From assembly GCA_000991405.1 (NCBI GenBank), contig LBRL01000001.1, positions 3,744 through 67,743 of the forward strand: 64,000 nt of DNA, given 5' to 3'. Under the pieces are notes generated by a model, which was not told the DNA's origin, did no database searches, and saw only the letters and a program-made list of their open reading frames with translations. Shown piece by piece: positions 17,874 to 28,100 of this stretch; the first letter of the stretch is position 1; each line of letters opens with the position of its first letter. The position numbers and the translations under genes are program-made. The DNA comes from Candidatus Nomurabacteria bacterium GW2011_GWD2_36_14. GTDB lineage: Bacteria > Patescibacteriota > Minisyncoccia > Phycocordibacterales > UBA9973.

Positions 17874-18686
17874 TTATTCTATTATATCCTTCGGGTCGAC
17901 GTAAGTATATCCTTTTGATTCTATATCAATCAGCAGTGCATCTAGGTTCGCTACGGACCAAGGATGCTCGTGGATGAGGATTATAGATCCATTGTGTATA
18001 TTCCTCATAACGTTCCCCACAAATACATCCTTCTCTATAGTAGACTTTTCCCAGTCGAGAGCTGTCCCTGACCAGTCCATGAATATCATTCCGGCATCTT
18101 TCACAAGCTTCCTTACATGAGGATTACTATCTCCATAAGGTGCACGGAAGAATCGAGGCTTACTACCTGTAAGTTTAGTTATCAGATCTGTGTTTTTATT
18201 TATTTCTTGTTCAATAATTTTTTCATCTGTTGCCTTTCTAAGGTTAAGATGATCCCAAGTGTGGTTACCGACGGCAAATCCTTCTTTGTAAGTATCTTCT
18301 ATAATACTCGGATAGTCCTTCGCATGCATACCATTTATAAAGAATATTGCTTTGGCATTGTGCTTATTTAGTATTTCTATCATTTCTTTTGTATGAGAGC
18401 TAGGTCCATCGTCTATGGTTAAGAGGATGGCTTTTGTTTTGTTTTTTATATCCTCTGGCACTACAACACTTCTGCTGACAATTTTATATTTTAATTCCGG
18501 AGAGAGACTAGGTGACCCAATTTTATTTTCTTCAAGAGCTGTGCTAATTACGTTCTTTACTTCCTCTACATTTTTTACTACAGGTGCCTCTATCTTTCTG
18601 AAAGGGAAAGCGTATACGACTATAGTTATCAATACAAAAGCCAGTATTATTATGTATAATTTTTTATTTTTATTAGTTGTTTTCAT
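17874..18686 (-). CDS. Polysaccharide deacetylase (NodB homology domain)
   Basis: Motifs LTIDDGPS and AVGNHTWDH, plus an N-terminal transmembrane segment. Confidence 0.8.
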   Translation of the reverse strand: MKTTNKNKKLYIIILAFVLITIVVYAFPFRKIEAPVVKNVEEVKNVISTALEENKIGSPSLSPELKYKIVSRSVVVPEDIKNKTKAILLTIDDGPSSHTKEMIEILNKHNAKAIFFINGMHAKDYPSIIEDTYKEGFAVGNHTWDHLNLRKATDEKIIEQEINKNTDLITKLTGSKPRFFRAPYGDSNPHVRKLVKDAGMIFMDWSGTALDWEKSTIEKDVFVGNVMRNIHNGSIILIHEHPWSVANLDALLIDIESKGYTYVDPKDIIE

Positions 18687-18694
18687 TTTCTTTT

Positions 18695-20671
18695 TTATAT
18701 CAACGTATAATCTATCGTCTTCTTATTCATATCTGCTCCCACAACTTTAAATTTTGCTTTATCACCCAAGGTATATTTCTTGTGAGTCTTCTGACCTCTG
18801 ATACTCATGAACTTTTTATCGAAAATATAATAATCATCTTTGAGATCTCTCATCCTTATCATACCTTCGCATTTAGTTTCTTTTTCTTCTACGTATAGAC
18901 CCCATTCTGTCACTCCAGTAATGATACCTTCGTAAGTCTGACCTACTCGCTTAGACATATACTCAACTTGTTTGTATTTGATCGATGAGCGTTCTGCTTC
19001 AGCTGCCTCCTTCTCTTGGCTTGAAGCCTCCTCGCTCATGTGTTCATACTCGTACCACTTCTCTTTGGGTATAGCCTTATTAGCTAGGAAGTCTTTTAGT
19101 AGTCGGTGCACTATCACATCAGGGTAGCGTCTAATAGGTGAAGTGAAGTGAGTATAGAATTTAAATCCGAGGCCATAGTGGCCAATATTTTTAGTGGAGT
19201 AGATAGCCTTGGCCATCGTACGGATTATAGCTGTGTGAACTGTATCGCGGAGAGGGTTATGTTCTAGTTTACCTATTAGTATATTTATTTCTTCCGAGGG
19301 AATTATGCCATCCTTAAGCTTCATGTGGTAGCCAAGCCTTTTTAGGAAGGTAGCCAGGTCACCCATTTTATCTTTGTTGGGTAAGTCGTGGATTCTATAA
19401 AGGAAGACGCTTTGTTTGCCAATTTTTTTGCCAGACATATACTCAGCTACACGACGATTAGCAAGAAGCATAAATTCTTCCACAAGCTTATTTGTATCTC
19501 CTCGTTCTTTTGTATAGACAGATATAGGTACACCATGCTCGTCCAATTTAAATTTAACTTCTTCTTGTTCTAGCATTATTGCTCCTTCGTCGAATCTTTT
19601 TTTATTAAGTTTTTTAGCAATCAGATTCAATATATTTAATTCATCGTAGAATTCACCTTTTTTGTTATCTAGAATTTTTTGAGCATTTTCATATGTAAAT
19701 CTTTTGTCAGAGTGAATAATTGTTTCTCCGAACCACTCACTGTATATTTTGCCATTCATATCAAGCTCAAATACAGCCGAGAAGGTGAGTCGGTCGACAT
19801 TTGGATTTAGACTACAGAGTCCATTTGAAAGCTCCTCAGGTAGCATAGGTATTGTCCGATCTACAAGGTAGACAGAAGTGCCTCTACTTTGAGCTTCATC
19901 ATCGAGAGCTGTGTTTAATTTTACATAATGAGTTACATCAGCAATATGAATACCAATTTCAAGATGTCCATTTAGGAGTCTTTCAAGAGAGATGGCGTCA
20001 TCGAAATCTTTTGCATCGACAGGGTCTATAGTGAATGTTGTCACAGAACGCATATCTCTACGATCTTTTAAATCTTTTTCTGTGATTCCACGTTTAGATA
20101 TTTCAATTGCCTCTTTTTTTACTACAGAAGGGAAGTCAGCCGAGAATCCTTTCTCCAGAGCAATCGCTTCCATTTCGGCATTATGCTCCATGGGCATTCC
20201 TAGGATTTTATTTACTTCTCCTATTGGGGCTTTTTTTGCATCTTTCCATTCTGTAATAATTACGAAAACTTTTTGTCCGATTTTAGCCCCGGCTAGTTTG
20301 TTCTCGGGGATTATAATGTCAGCATACATTCTAAGGTCACTAGGTATCAGGAAGTAGGTATCGTTTTCTTTTTCAAGTACCCCGGAATATCCCTTCTTAG
20401 AACGACGGAGAATTTCTACCACTTCGCCAGTCTGGGTTAATCCTGATCTTTTAGGATGAAGCAGAACTTTGACGGTATCGCCATGGCAAGCTGTATGTAG
20501 GAAGCTATGCTCTATTTCTATAGTGTCGTCTTTACCCTTTATTCGCACTACCCCCATACCTTTATGAGATATAGTGATTATCCCTTCTGCATGCCTATCT
20601 ATCTTTTGTTTTTGCCTCGAATCCATTTTATGTTGTTTTATCTTGTTTTTCACAATGTCAGTATAGCACAA
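18695..20671 (-). CDS. rnr: Ribonuclease R (RNB family 3'-5' exoribonuclease)
   Basis: The RNB motif is TIDPVDAKDFDDAIS, with a C-terminal S1 domain. The start may be the Met at 20626. Confidence 0.9.
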   Translation of the reverse strand: MCYTDIVKNKIKQHKMDSRQKQKIDRHAEGIITISHKGMGVVRIKGKDDTIEIEHSFLHTACHGDTVKVLLHPKRSGLTQTGEVVEILRRSKKGYSGVLEKENDTYFLIPSDLRMYADIIIPENKLAGAKIGQKVFVIITEWKDAKKAPIGEVNKILGMPMEHNAEMEAIALEKGFSADFPSVVKKEAIEISKRGITEKDLKDRRDMRSVTTFTIDPVDAKDFDDAISLERLLNGHLEIGIHIADVTHYVKLNTALDDEAQSRGTSVYLVDRTIPMLPEELSNGLCSLNPNVDRLTFSAVFELDMNGKIYSEWFGETIIHSDKRFTYENAQKILDNKKGEFYDELNILNLIAKKLNKKRFDEGAIMLEQEEVKFKLDEHGVPISVYTKERGDTNKLVEEFMLLANRRVAEYMSGKKIGKQSVFLYRIHDLPNKDKMGDLATFLKRLGYHMKLKDGIIPSEEINILIGKLEHNPLRDTVHTAIIRTMAKAIYSTKNIGHYGLGFKFYTHFTSPIRRYPDVIVHRLLKDFLANKAIPKEKWYEYEHMSEEASSQEKEAAEAERSSIKYKQVEYMSKRVGQTYEGIITGVTEWGLYVEEKETKCEGMIRMRDLKDDYYIFDKKFMSIRGQKTHKKYTLGDKAKFKVVGADMNKKTIDYTLI

Positions 20672-20735
20672 AAATGACAGTCTTTATTTGTTTATTCAAC
20701 CTAGATCTTAGAACTTAATGTGATATAATTTTATT

Positions 20736-21596
20736 ATGGAAGAACATAAAAAAATTCTAAAATTACTAGATATTTGGGAAAATGATATTAGTATTAAATC
20801 TATAGATGGAGGGATGACAAATAATAATTATTTTGTCAGTGATGGTAATAAAAAATATATTGCCCGTTTTGCTCCCCACAACACAAAAATCCTTGGTCTT
20901 AATCGTCAAAAAGAAATACAAAATACAAAAATTGCATCAGAAAACAACATAGGGCCAGATGTAAAAAAATATTACAAAAATTATGACTTACTTATTCTTG
21001 AATTTATAGAAGGAAATATTCTTTCTGTGGGTGTAGCACAACAAATTGATACCATTAAAAAAATAGCAGAATTGTTTTTGAAATTGCATTCCCTTGCTGG
21101 TTTTAGTGGAAATAGGTTACCTTTGCAAAGAGCAGAGAGCTACTTTAATGAAGTTAAGTCAAGAAATGGGTGGATACCAGATAATCTTGAAGAAAGTTTT
21201 ATTAAAACAAAAGAAATAATTTCGCAACTGAAACCTTGTGTTTCGTGTTCATGTCATCTTGATGTTATGTTAGAAAATGTGATTGTTTGTAGTGATGGTA
21301 ATTTAAAATTAATTGATTGGGAGTATTCTGAAAATGCAGACCCTAGATATGATTTGGCAATGTATATTATTAAAGCTAAATTAAACAGAGAACAAGAAGA
21401 ACATCTCTTTTTGTGTTATGGCATAAACAAAGAAGAAGATAAACAAGATATAAGAAAGATGAAAACCTTAGTTGCACTAGCTGAGGCAACTTATGGTGTT
21501 TTGCAGAATGTTATTTCTGACAGAATATCTGTAGGTTATAGGGAATATGCTGAATCTGAACTTAAGGAACTAGAAAGTCTTTTGACTGATGTTTAG
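20736..21596 (+). CDS. Phosphotransferase of the APH / choline-ethanolamine kinase family
   Basis: It has the catalytic loop HLDVMLENVIV (HxDxxxxN) and IDWEYS (the DFG-equivalent). Confidence 0.7.
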   Translation: MEEHKKILKLLDIWENDISIKSIDGGMTNNNYFVSDGNKKYIARFAPHNTKILGLNRQKEIQNTKIASENNIGPDVKKYYKNYDLLILEFIEGNILSVGVAQQIDTIKKIAELFLKLHSLAGFSGNRLPLQRAESYFNEVKSRNGWIPDNLEESFIKTKEIISQLKPCVSCSCHLDVMLENVIVCSDGNLKLIDWEYSENADPRYDLAMYIIKAKLNREQEEHLFLCYGINKEEDKQDIRKMKTLVALAEATYGVLQNVISDRISVGYREYAESELKELESLLTDV

Positions 21597-21656
21597 TTTT
21601 TACCATAATCTCTGTTTGGGGATACTTCCAAGTTCGGAACTAATAAAATACCATAC

Positions 21657-21683
21657 AAATACTTGCTCGTTTTGTGTCTTTAT
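21657..21683 (+). repeat. 26-bp direct repeat aatacttgctcgttttgtgtctttat (copy 1), upstream of fic
   Basis: It matches 23064-23090 exactly. Confidence 0.85.
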
Positions 21684-21833
21684 TTGTTATATAAAGATTT
21701 GTATTTTATTAACTAATACTCATAGAGTTAAATAGTCTTATTAATCCTTGTTAAATCTTAATAATATATATTATTGAAAAAAGTCTACAAATGAAGTATA
21801 ATTTGATGGTATTGTTAAATCATATAAATAATA

Positions 21834-23009
21834 TTGTTAAATCATATGGAAGAAAATAATCAAATAAATAAGGTACAAATTCCAACTTTCCCTTTTGAGA
21901 GTAAATTGGCTGATTTAATCATTAGTTTAGACCATTTGAGAAGTGGTCAAATACAAGGAACAACGCCAGTAAATATTTTTATGGACTTAAAAAAATTATT
22001 TCATTTATTGGAAAGTGTTCAGTCTACAAGAATAGAAGGGAATAGAACAACAATATTAGAAGCTATAGAAAAAAAGATTGAGAATGAAAAAATCAATAAT
22101 GATGAAGGGTGGAAGGAAATTGAAAATATAGAAAAAGCATTACAGTTTATTGAGACACATGTTGAGAACGGAAAAATTGATAGAATATTTATTTCTGAGT
22201 TACACAGAATAGTCGTATTTGATTTAGTCAGAGAAGGAAGCAAAAACCCTGGTAATTTTCGAATTGAACCTGTTAAAATAACCAACTCAAAACATATACC
22301 CCCCTCAGGAACTATCGTGGAAAGTTACATGAATGAATTATTAGATTTTATAAACGAAAAACATGGTAATAAATATGATTTAATAAAAGTTGCAGTAGCA
22401 CATCATAGATTTACATGGATACACCCATTTGATAATGGTAACGGAAGAATGTCTCGTCTTCTTACTTATGCGATGCTTATGAAATATGGTTTTAGAGTAC
22501 AAAATGCCAAAAGAGTTTTAAACCCTACTGGATTATTCTGTGTAGATAGAAACAAATATTATGATATGCTCCAAGAAGCAGATTTAAATGGTAATAATGG
22601 GCTAATTAAATGGTGTGAGTATGTTTTGGGTGGACTTGTTGGAGAAATAGAAAAGATAGATAAACTTACAGATTATGAATATCTTAAAAAAGAAATAATT
22701 TATCCTTCCATTACATATGCCAATAAAATGGGAACAATAACAAAGGAGGAGATGTTTATTTTATCCCTTGCTCTAGACAAAGAGGTTCTTGTTGCTGGTG
22801 ATATAAAAGAAGTATTTCCAGATTATTATTCAGTTAAAGTTTCAAGGATGATAAAAGAGTTAAGAGATAAAAATTACTTAAAGCCATTCCCTAATGAAAA
22901 TAGCAAAAGTTACGTTATTAATTTTTCAGATAATTTATTATTAAAATATTTAGCAAAAGAACTATACAATAAAGGTTTTATATTAAGTGATACGAAAGAA
23001 GATTTTTAA
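21834..23009 (+). CDS. fic: Fic-family AMP transferase (class II, with an N-terminal inhibitory helix motif)
   Basis: The Fic motif HPFDNGNGRMSRLL (HPFx[DE]GNGRxxR) and the inhibitory STRIEGN ([ST]xxxE[GN]) motif near the N-terminus. Confidence 0.85.
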   Translation: MLNHMEENNQINKVQIPTFPFESKLADLIISLDHLRSGQIQGTTPVNIFMDLKKLFHLLESVQSTRIEGNRTTILEAIEKKIENEKINNDEGWKEIENIEKALQFIETHVENGKIDRIFISELHRIVVFDLVREGSKNPGNFRIEPVKITNSKHIPPSGTIVESYMNELLDFINEKHGNKYDLIKVAVAHHRFTWIHPFDNGNGRMSRLLTYAMLMKYGFRVQNAKRVLNPTGLFCVDRNKYYDMLQEADLNGNNGLIKWCEYVLGGLVGEIEKIDKLTDYEYLKKEIIYPSITYANKMGTITKEEMFILSLALDKEVLVAGDIKEVFPDYYSVKVSRMIKELRDKNYLKPFPNENSKSYVINFSDNLLLKYLAKELYNKGFILSDTKEDF

Positions 23010-23063
23010 TATTTATTATTGTATAATCTCTTTTTGAATATCATATTAAGTTCTGATTCACAT

Positions 23064-23090
23064 TAATACTTGCTCGTTTTGTGTCTTTAT
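23064..23090 (+). repeat. 26-bp direct repeat aatacttgctcgttttgtgtctttat (copy 2), overlapping the rpsP promoter region
   Basis: It matches copy 1 exactly. It is followed by taggat (a -10-like hexamer) 10 nt before the rpsP ATG. Confidence 0.85.
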
Positions 23091-23108
23091 GGTAGGATAC
23101 TTTTACAT

Positions 23109-23414
23109 ATGTTAAAGATAAGATTACAAAGAATAGGGCGCAAGAATGATCCAGCTTTTAGAGTACTTTTGACAGATTCTAAGAACTCAGCTAAGAGTGG
23201 TAAATTTAAAGAAATCTTGGGTTCATACAATCTAAAGAAAGGCGAAGTTATATTCAAGGCAGACCGCATCAAGCATTGGATAAGTGTTGGAGCTCAGACT
23301 TCAGATACAGTTCACAATTTCCTAGTTAGCCAGAAATTAATAGAAGGCAAGAAGAGAAACGTACTTTCGAAAAAGTCTCCAACTAAAGCTAAAAAAGAAC
23401 TTAAAAAAGCATAA
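23109..23414 (+). CDS. rpsP: 30S ribosomal protein S16
   Basis: MLKIRLQRIGRKNDPAFRV... is the bS16 N-terminus. The start was set at the ATG at 23109. Confidence 0.9.
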   Translation: MLKIRLQRIGRKNDPAFRVLLTDSKNSAKSGKFKEILGSYNLKKGEVIFKADRIKHWISVGAQTSDTVHNFLVSQKLIEGKKRNVLSKKSPTKAKKELKKA

Positions 23415-23417
23415 TTA

Positions 23418-23447
23418 AAATCCCCCAAGCCTTGCTTGGGGGATTTT
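23418..23447 (+). terminator. Terminator hairpin aaaatcccccaagc-cttg-cttgggggatttt
   Basis: A perfect 13-bp stem plus a T-run immediately after the rpsP stop. Confidence 0.7.
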
Positions 23448-23541
23448 ATGTTGCATAAGAAAAGCTCTATATGGTATGATTATAGTCAGCAGGAGTAGTC
23501 GGTACACTGCAGAAATTATGAATAATTACTAAATACATTAT

Positions 23542-23916
23542 ATGATGGCAGATGATAAAGCATTTCTAGAATATATCGTTAAGGCTCTAGTTGATAATCC
23601 AAACGATGTGAAGATTGATCGAACCGTAGACGAAATGGGCGTTCTTATTACAATGACAGTAAATAGTGCTGATATGGGCAAGATTATTGGTCGCCAAGGC
23701 AATACAGCCAAGGCTATCCGCACACTATTGCGCGTTATCGGTATGAAGAACAATGCTCGTGTGAACTTGAAGATTAATGAACCAGAAGGAGGTAGAGTTG
23801 TGTCTGAACATGCGGAGCATACAGAGGCACCAACAGTTGCTCAAGCTCCTACAATGACAGCTAGCGAAGCTTCTAAGTCAGTTGATGCTGCTCTTGATGA
23901 TCTTAAGGGTATTTAA
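23542..23916 (+). CDS. KH-domain RNA-binding protein (UPF0109/KhpA-like, typical of the rpsP-rimM-trmD neighbourhood)
   Basis: The KH GxxG loop is MGKIIGRQGNTAKAIRTLL. There is a C-terminal low-complexity tail. Confidence 0.75.
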   Translation: MMADDKAFLEYIVKALVDNPNDVKIDRTVDEMGVLITMTVNSADMGKIIGRQGNTAKAIRTLLRVIGMKNNARVNLKINEPEGGRVVSEHAEHTEAPTVAQAPTMTASEASKSVDAALDDLKGI

Positions 23917-23944
23917 GATAAAATAAATAAAACGACCTCATTTG

Positions 23945-24020
23945 CTTTGTTGCAGGTTCCGGGTGCTCGGTCAATGTAGAATTACTACATATCCCTCGCA
24001 TCCTCACCTGCGCCTCGCAT
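23945..24020 (+). repeat. GC-rich ~75-nt element (copy A) between the KH gene and trmD; candidate structured RNA
   Basis: It matches the reverse complement of 58141-58214 at ~85% identity. The outer stem gcaggt...acctgc and the inner hairpin atgtag-aatta-ctacat are visible. It stands out by GC content in an AT-rich spacer. Confidence 0.5.
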
Positions 24021-24067
24021 CTGGGGTCGTTTTCTGTATTTTATTGAATTCGTGGTATATTGATTTT

Positions 24068-24805
24068 ATGCGATTCCATGTAGTAACACTTTTCCCTGAA
24101 ATGTTTGACTCTTATCTAGGAGGGTCTATTTTAGGGCGGGCAATAAAGGAGAAGAAGATTTCTGTTTCTTTTGTGAACCCTCGTAAATTTGTAACAGGCA
24201 AATATAGAAAAGTTTGGCCAGATGGCAATGTATCCCTCCAAGTAGACGAGCGTCCTTATGCCGGAGGTCCAGGGATGGTCATGATGGCAGAGCCGGTTAT
24301 CAAAGCGGTGGAATCAGTGTTGAAAAAAATTAAGAATTACGAATTAAGAATTAAGAATGGAAAAGTTAAAACTAAACAGCAAACACCAAAAAGCAAGGCA
24401 TTGATTATAAATTTTATTCCTTCCGCCGAGAAGTTTACGACAGCAGTTGCCAAAAGTATTTCCAAGAAATACACAGACGTTATTTTAATTTGTGGACGTT
24501 ATGAAGGTATTGATGCTCGAGTTGATAAAATTCTTAAAACTAAGAAGTATTCCATAGGGGACTATGTGCTGACAGGAGGCGAAATTCCCGCTATGGTTTT
24601 GATTGATTCTGTCTCCCGACAAATAGACGGAGTCTTAGGTAACTTTGATTCTCGCGAAGAGGAAAGAGTCTCTACCAGCGAGATATATACTCGTCCTGAA
24701 GTACTGATTTATAAAAACAAAAAGTATAAAGTTCCCAAGGTTTTATTATCTGGAAATCACAAAGACATAGAAGATTGGAAAAGTTTGACAAAAAGTGTTA
24801 AATAG
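24068..24805 (+). CDS. trmD: tRNA (guanine37-N1)-methyltransferase
   Basis: MRFHVVTLFPEMFDSYLGGSILGRA and LICGRYEGIDARV. The start was set at the ATG at 24068. It carries a lysine-rich internal insertion. Confidence 0.9.
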   Translation: MRFHVVTLFPEMFDSYLGGSILGRAIKEKKISVSFVNPRKFVTGKYRKVWPDGNVSLQVDERPYAGGPGMVMMAEPVIKAVESVLKKIKNYELRIKNGKVKTKQQTPKSKALIINFIPSAEKFTTAVAKSISKKYTDVILICGRYEGIDARVDKILKTKKYSIGDYVLTGGEIPAMVLIDSVSRQIDGVLGNFDSREEERVSTSEIYTRPEVLIYKNKKYKVPKVLLSGNHKDIEDWKSLTKSVK

Positions 24806-25106
24806 GATAGGATGAAATCCAGATTGAATAGATTGAGTTATGGCAAATCAATCCTCGTTTATTAAGGTTTTAGCATACAAAAGTGTTAAACAATATCATT
24901 GCCAGTAATTATAAATAAAAAATCTAAATAAGGTTTGGTCACCTTGTTGTTTTTTGCGTTTTAACTTTATTAATAGATTAAAACGAAGGCATATATTTAA
25001 AATTTATGAGTAGGTGTGGGCGCGCCGAAGCGTAACGAAGTGGAGCGGAGAGGGCTAAGCGAATAAATTTTAAATATACGCCGAAGTTGTAATCCAAATT
25101 ATTCAT

Positions 25107-28100
25107 ATGAAAAAAACAGCCGTAGTAAAGAAGTATTTTTCGCGTTACAAGAAACCCCTAGCCCCGTTTCCTAATCTTATTGAAGATCAATTAAATTCTT
25201 TTAATTGGTTAGTAGAAAAGGGAATCAAGGAAGTCTTCAAAGAATTCTCACCAATCAACGATTACTCAGACAAGAAGTTTCAGCTCGACTTTACTTCTTT
25301 TACTCTCGGAGAACCGAAATTTGATGAAGAGTATTCAAAAGTAAATAAATTAACTTACGAAGGACCACTCAAAGCTCGTGTTCGTCTTTTGAATAAAAGT
25401 ATTGGAACTTCAAAAGAACAAGAAATTTTCATGGCTGATGTACCCCTCATGACCAAGCATGGTACATTCATCATCAATGGCGTTGAACGTGTTATTGTGG
25501 CTCAGCTCACTCGATCCTTCGGAGTATTTTTCACTGAGTCAGAATCAAAAGGTAAACGATATTTTGGAGCTAAAATTATTCCTGCTCGCGGTGTTTGGAT
25601 TGAAGTTGAATCTGATTCTGATGGAGCTGTCTATGTTCGTATTGACAAGAAACGCAAATTCTCAGTCGCTTCGCTTCTTCGTGTTTTAGGATTAAATACA
25701 GATGAAGCAATACTTAAGGCTTTTGGAGATAATGAGGAAATTTTGAAAGTTATAAAAGTTTGTCTTGAAAAAGATCCAGCCAAAACTCTTTCTGAGTCTT
25801 ATATAGAGATATATAAGCGTCTTCGTGATGGAGATCTCGCTACTCCAGATAATGCTCGCGAATTTATGAGCATTCTTCTTTCAAACGAACGCTATGATAT
25901 ATCTCCTGTTGGACGTTTTCGATTTAATAAGCGTTTTGAGAAAAATATGGACGAAAAGGAAATGGAGCGTCGCACCATATCATCCGATGATGTGGTCACT
26001 ATTGTCAAGAATATTATTGATTTAAATAATGACATTCATGCAAAAGGAGACGATATCGATCACCTAGGTCAGCGCCGTGTTCGTTATGTTGGAGAAATGT
26101 TCCAACAAAAAATCCGTACTGGTATGGCTCAGATAAAGAGAAATGTTCAAGACCGTATGTCGACAATCGATGTAGGGACTACAATGCCTATACAGATAAT
26201 CAATCAGCGTCCCTTACAAGCACGTATCAAGGAATTCTTCACAGCTAACCAGCTTTCCCAATTCATGAACCAAGAAAATGTTATGGCTGAAGTCGAGCAC
26301 TTGCGCATTCTCTCAGCCTTAGGTCCAGGGGGATTAACTCGTGAACGTGCAGGTCTTGAAGTTCGTGATGTGCACACTTCTCACTATGGACGTGTCTGTC
26401 CTATCCATACTCCAGAAGGTCCAAACATTGGTCTTATATTACACTTATCTACTTATGCGAAGATAAACGAATTTGGTATTATTGAAACTCCATATGTCAA
26501 AGTCAAGAACGGCAAGATAACTTCTGAGGTTGTTTACTTAAATGCGCTTGAAGAAGAAAAGTACAATATTGCTCATGCAGGTATCGACTACGATGATAAA
26601 GGAAATATATTAGAAGACAAAGTAGAGGCTCGTCTTAAGACAAAGCCAGGTATGATTTCAAAAATGGAAATCGACTTTATCGACGTAGCTACCAACCAAG
26701 CTTTCTCTGTTGCTACGAGTATGATTCCATTCCTCGAACACGATAATGCTCACCGTACACTCATGGGAAGTAACATGCAGAAACAGGCTCTTCCTTGTAT
26801 TATTCCTGAGGTTCCTTTAGTTGCTACAGGTATCGAAGAGTTGGCAAGTCGTGATTCTGGACGTTTGGTAATTTCAGAAGTAACGGGTGTTATATCTTAT
26901 GTAGATGCCAAGAAAATAATAGTTAAAGATGATAAAGGTAAAGATCATGCTTACCCTTTGATTACTTTCTCACGTACAAACAATTTCTCAATATTCCATC
27001 AGCGCCCTTCTGTTTCTATGGGGGATAAGATAAAGAAAGGGGATGTTCTTGCTGATACAAGCACTACAGATCACGGACAGATTGCTATTGGACAGAATGC
27101 CCTTATCGCCTTTATGTCGTGGGGTGGAGCAAACTACGAAGATGCTATTATTCTTTCAGAAAGACTAGTTAAAGAAAGTAAGTTTACAAGTATTTATGTT
27201 ACAGAATTCGTTTGTAATGTTCGTGATACAAAGCTTGGACCTGAAATCACAACTCGTGATATTCCAAACGTTGGAGAAAATAAACTAAAAGATTTAGATG
27301 AAGACGGCATCATTGTCGTTGGGGCGGAAGTTGTTGAAAATGATATTCTTGTTGGTAAAATTACTCCAAAAGGGGAGACAGAACTTACTCCCGAAGAAAG
27401 ACTTCTACGTTCTATCTTCACCGAAAAAGCTCGCGATGTGAAAGATACATCACTACGTCTTGAACATGGCAAGAAAGGTAGAGTTACTGGAGTTAAGATA
27501 TTCTCACGCGACCAGGGTCACAATCTTGAATCAGGAATTATCAAGAGAATTGTTGTTGAAATTGCACAGATCAGAAACATTTCAGTTGGAGATAAACTTT
27601 CAGGACGTCATGGTAACAAAGGTGTTATTTCAGTTATATTACCTGAAGAAGAAATGCCATTCATGGCCGACGGTACACCTGTCGACGTTATTTTGACCCC
27701 ACTTGGAGTTCCATCTCGTATGAACTTAGGGCAGGTACTCGAAATGCATCTTGGTTATGCCGCTCATACACTTGGATACCAAGCTATAGTTCCTCCTTTC
27801 TCTTCAGCCACAGTTACAGAAATCAAGGAAGAACTTGTGAAGGCTGGAATGCCAGAGAGTGGAAGAGTTACTCTATATGATGGACGTACAGGAGATGCTT
27901 TCGAGCAAGATGTTGCTATTGGATATATGTATATGTTGAAGCTTCACCACATGGTTGAAGACAAACTTCATATGCGTTCTATCGGTCCTTACTCTCTCAT
28001 TACACAGCAACCTCTCGGTGGTAAGGCTCAAGGCGGAGGTCAGCGTTTCGGAGAAATGGAGGTCTGGGCTTTGGAAGGACACGGTGCTGCTTACTCCTTG

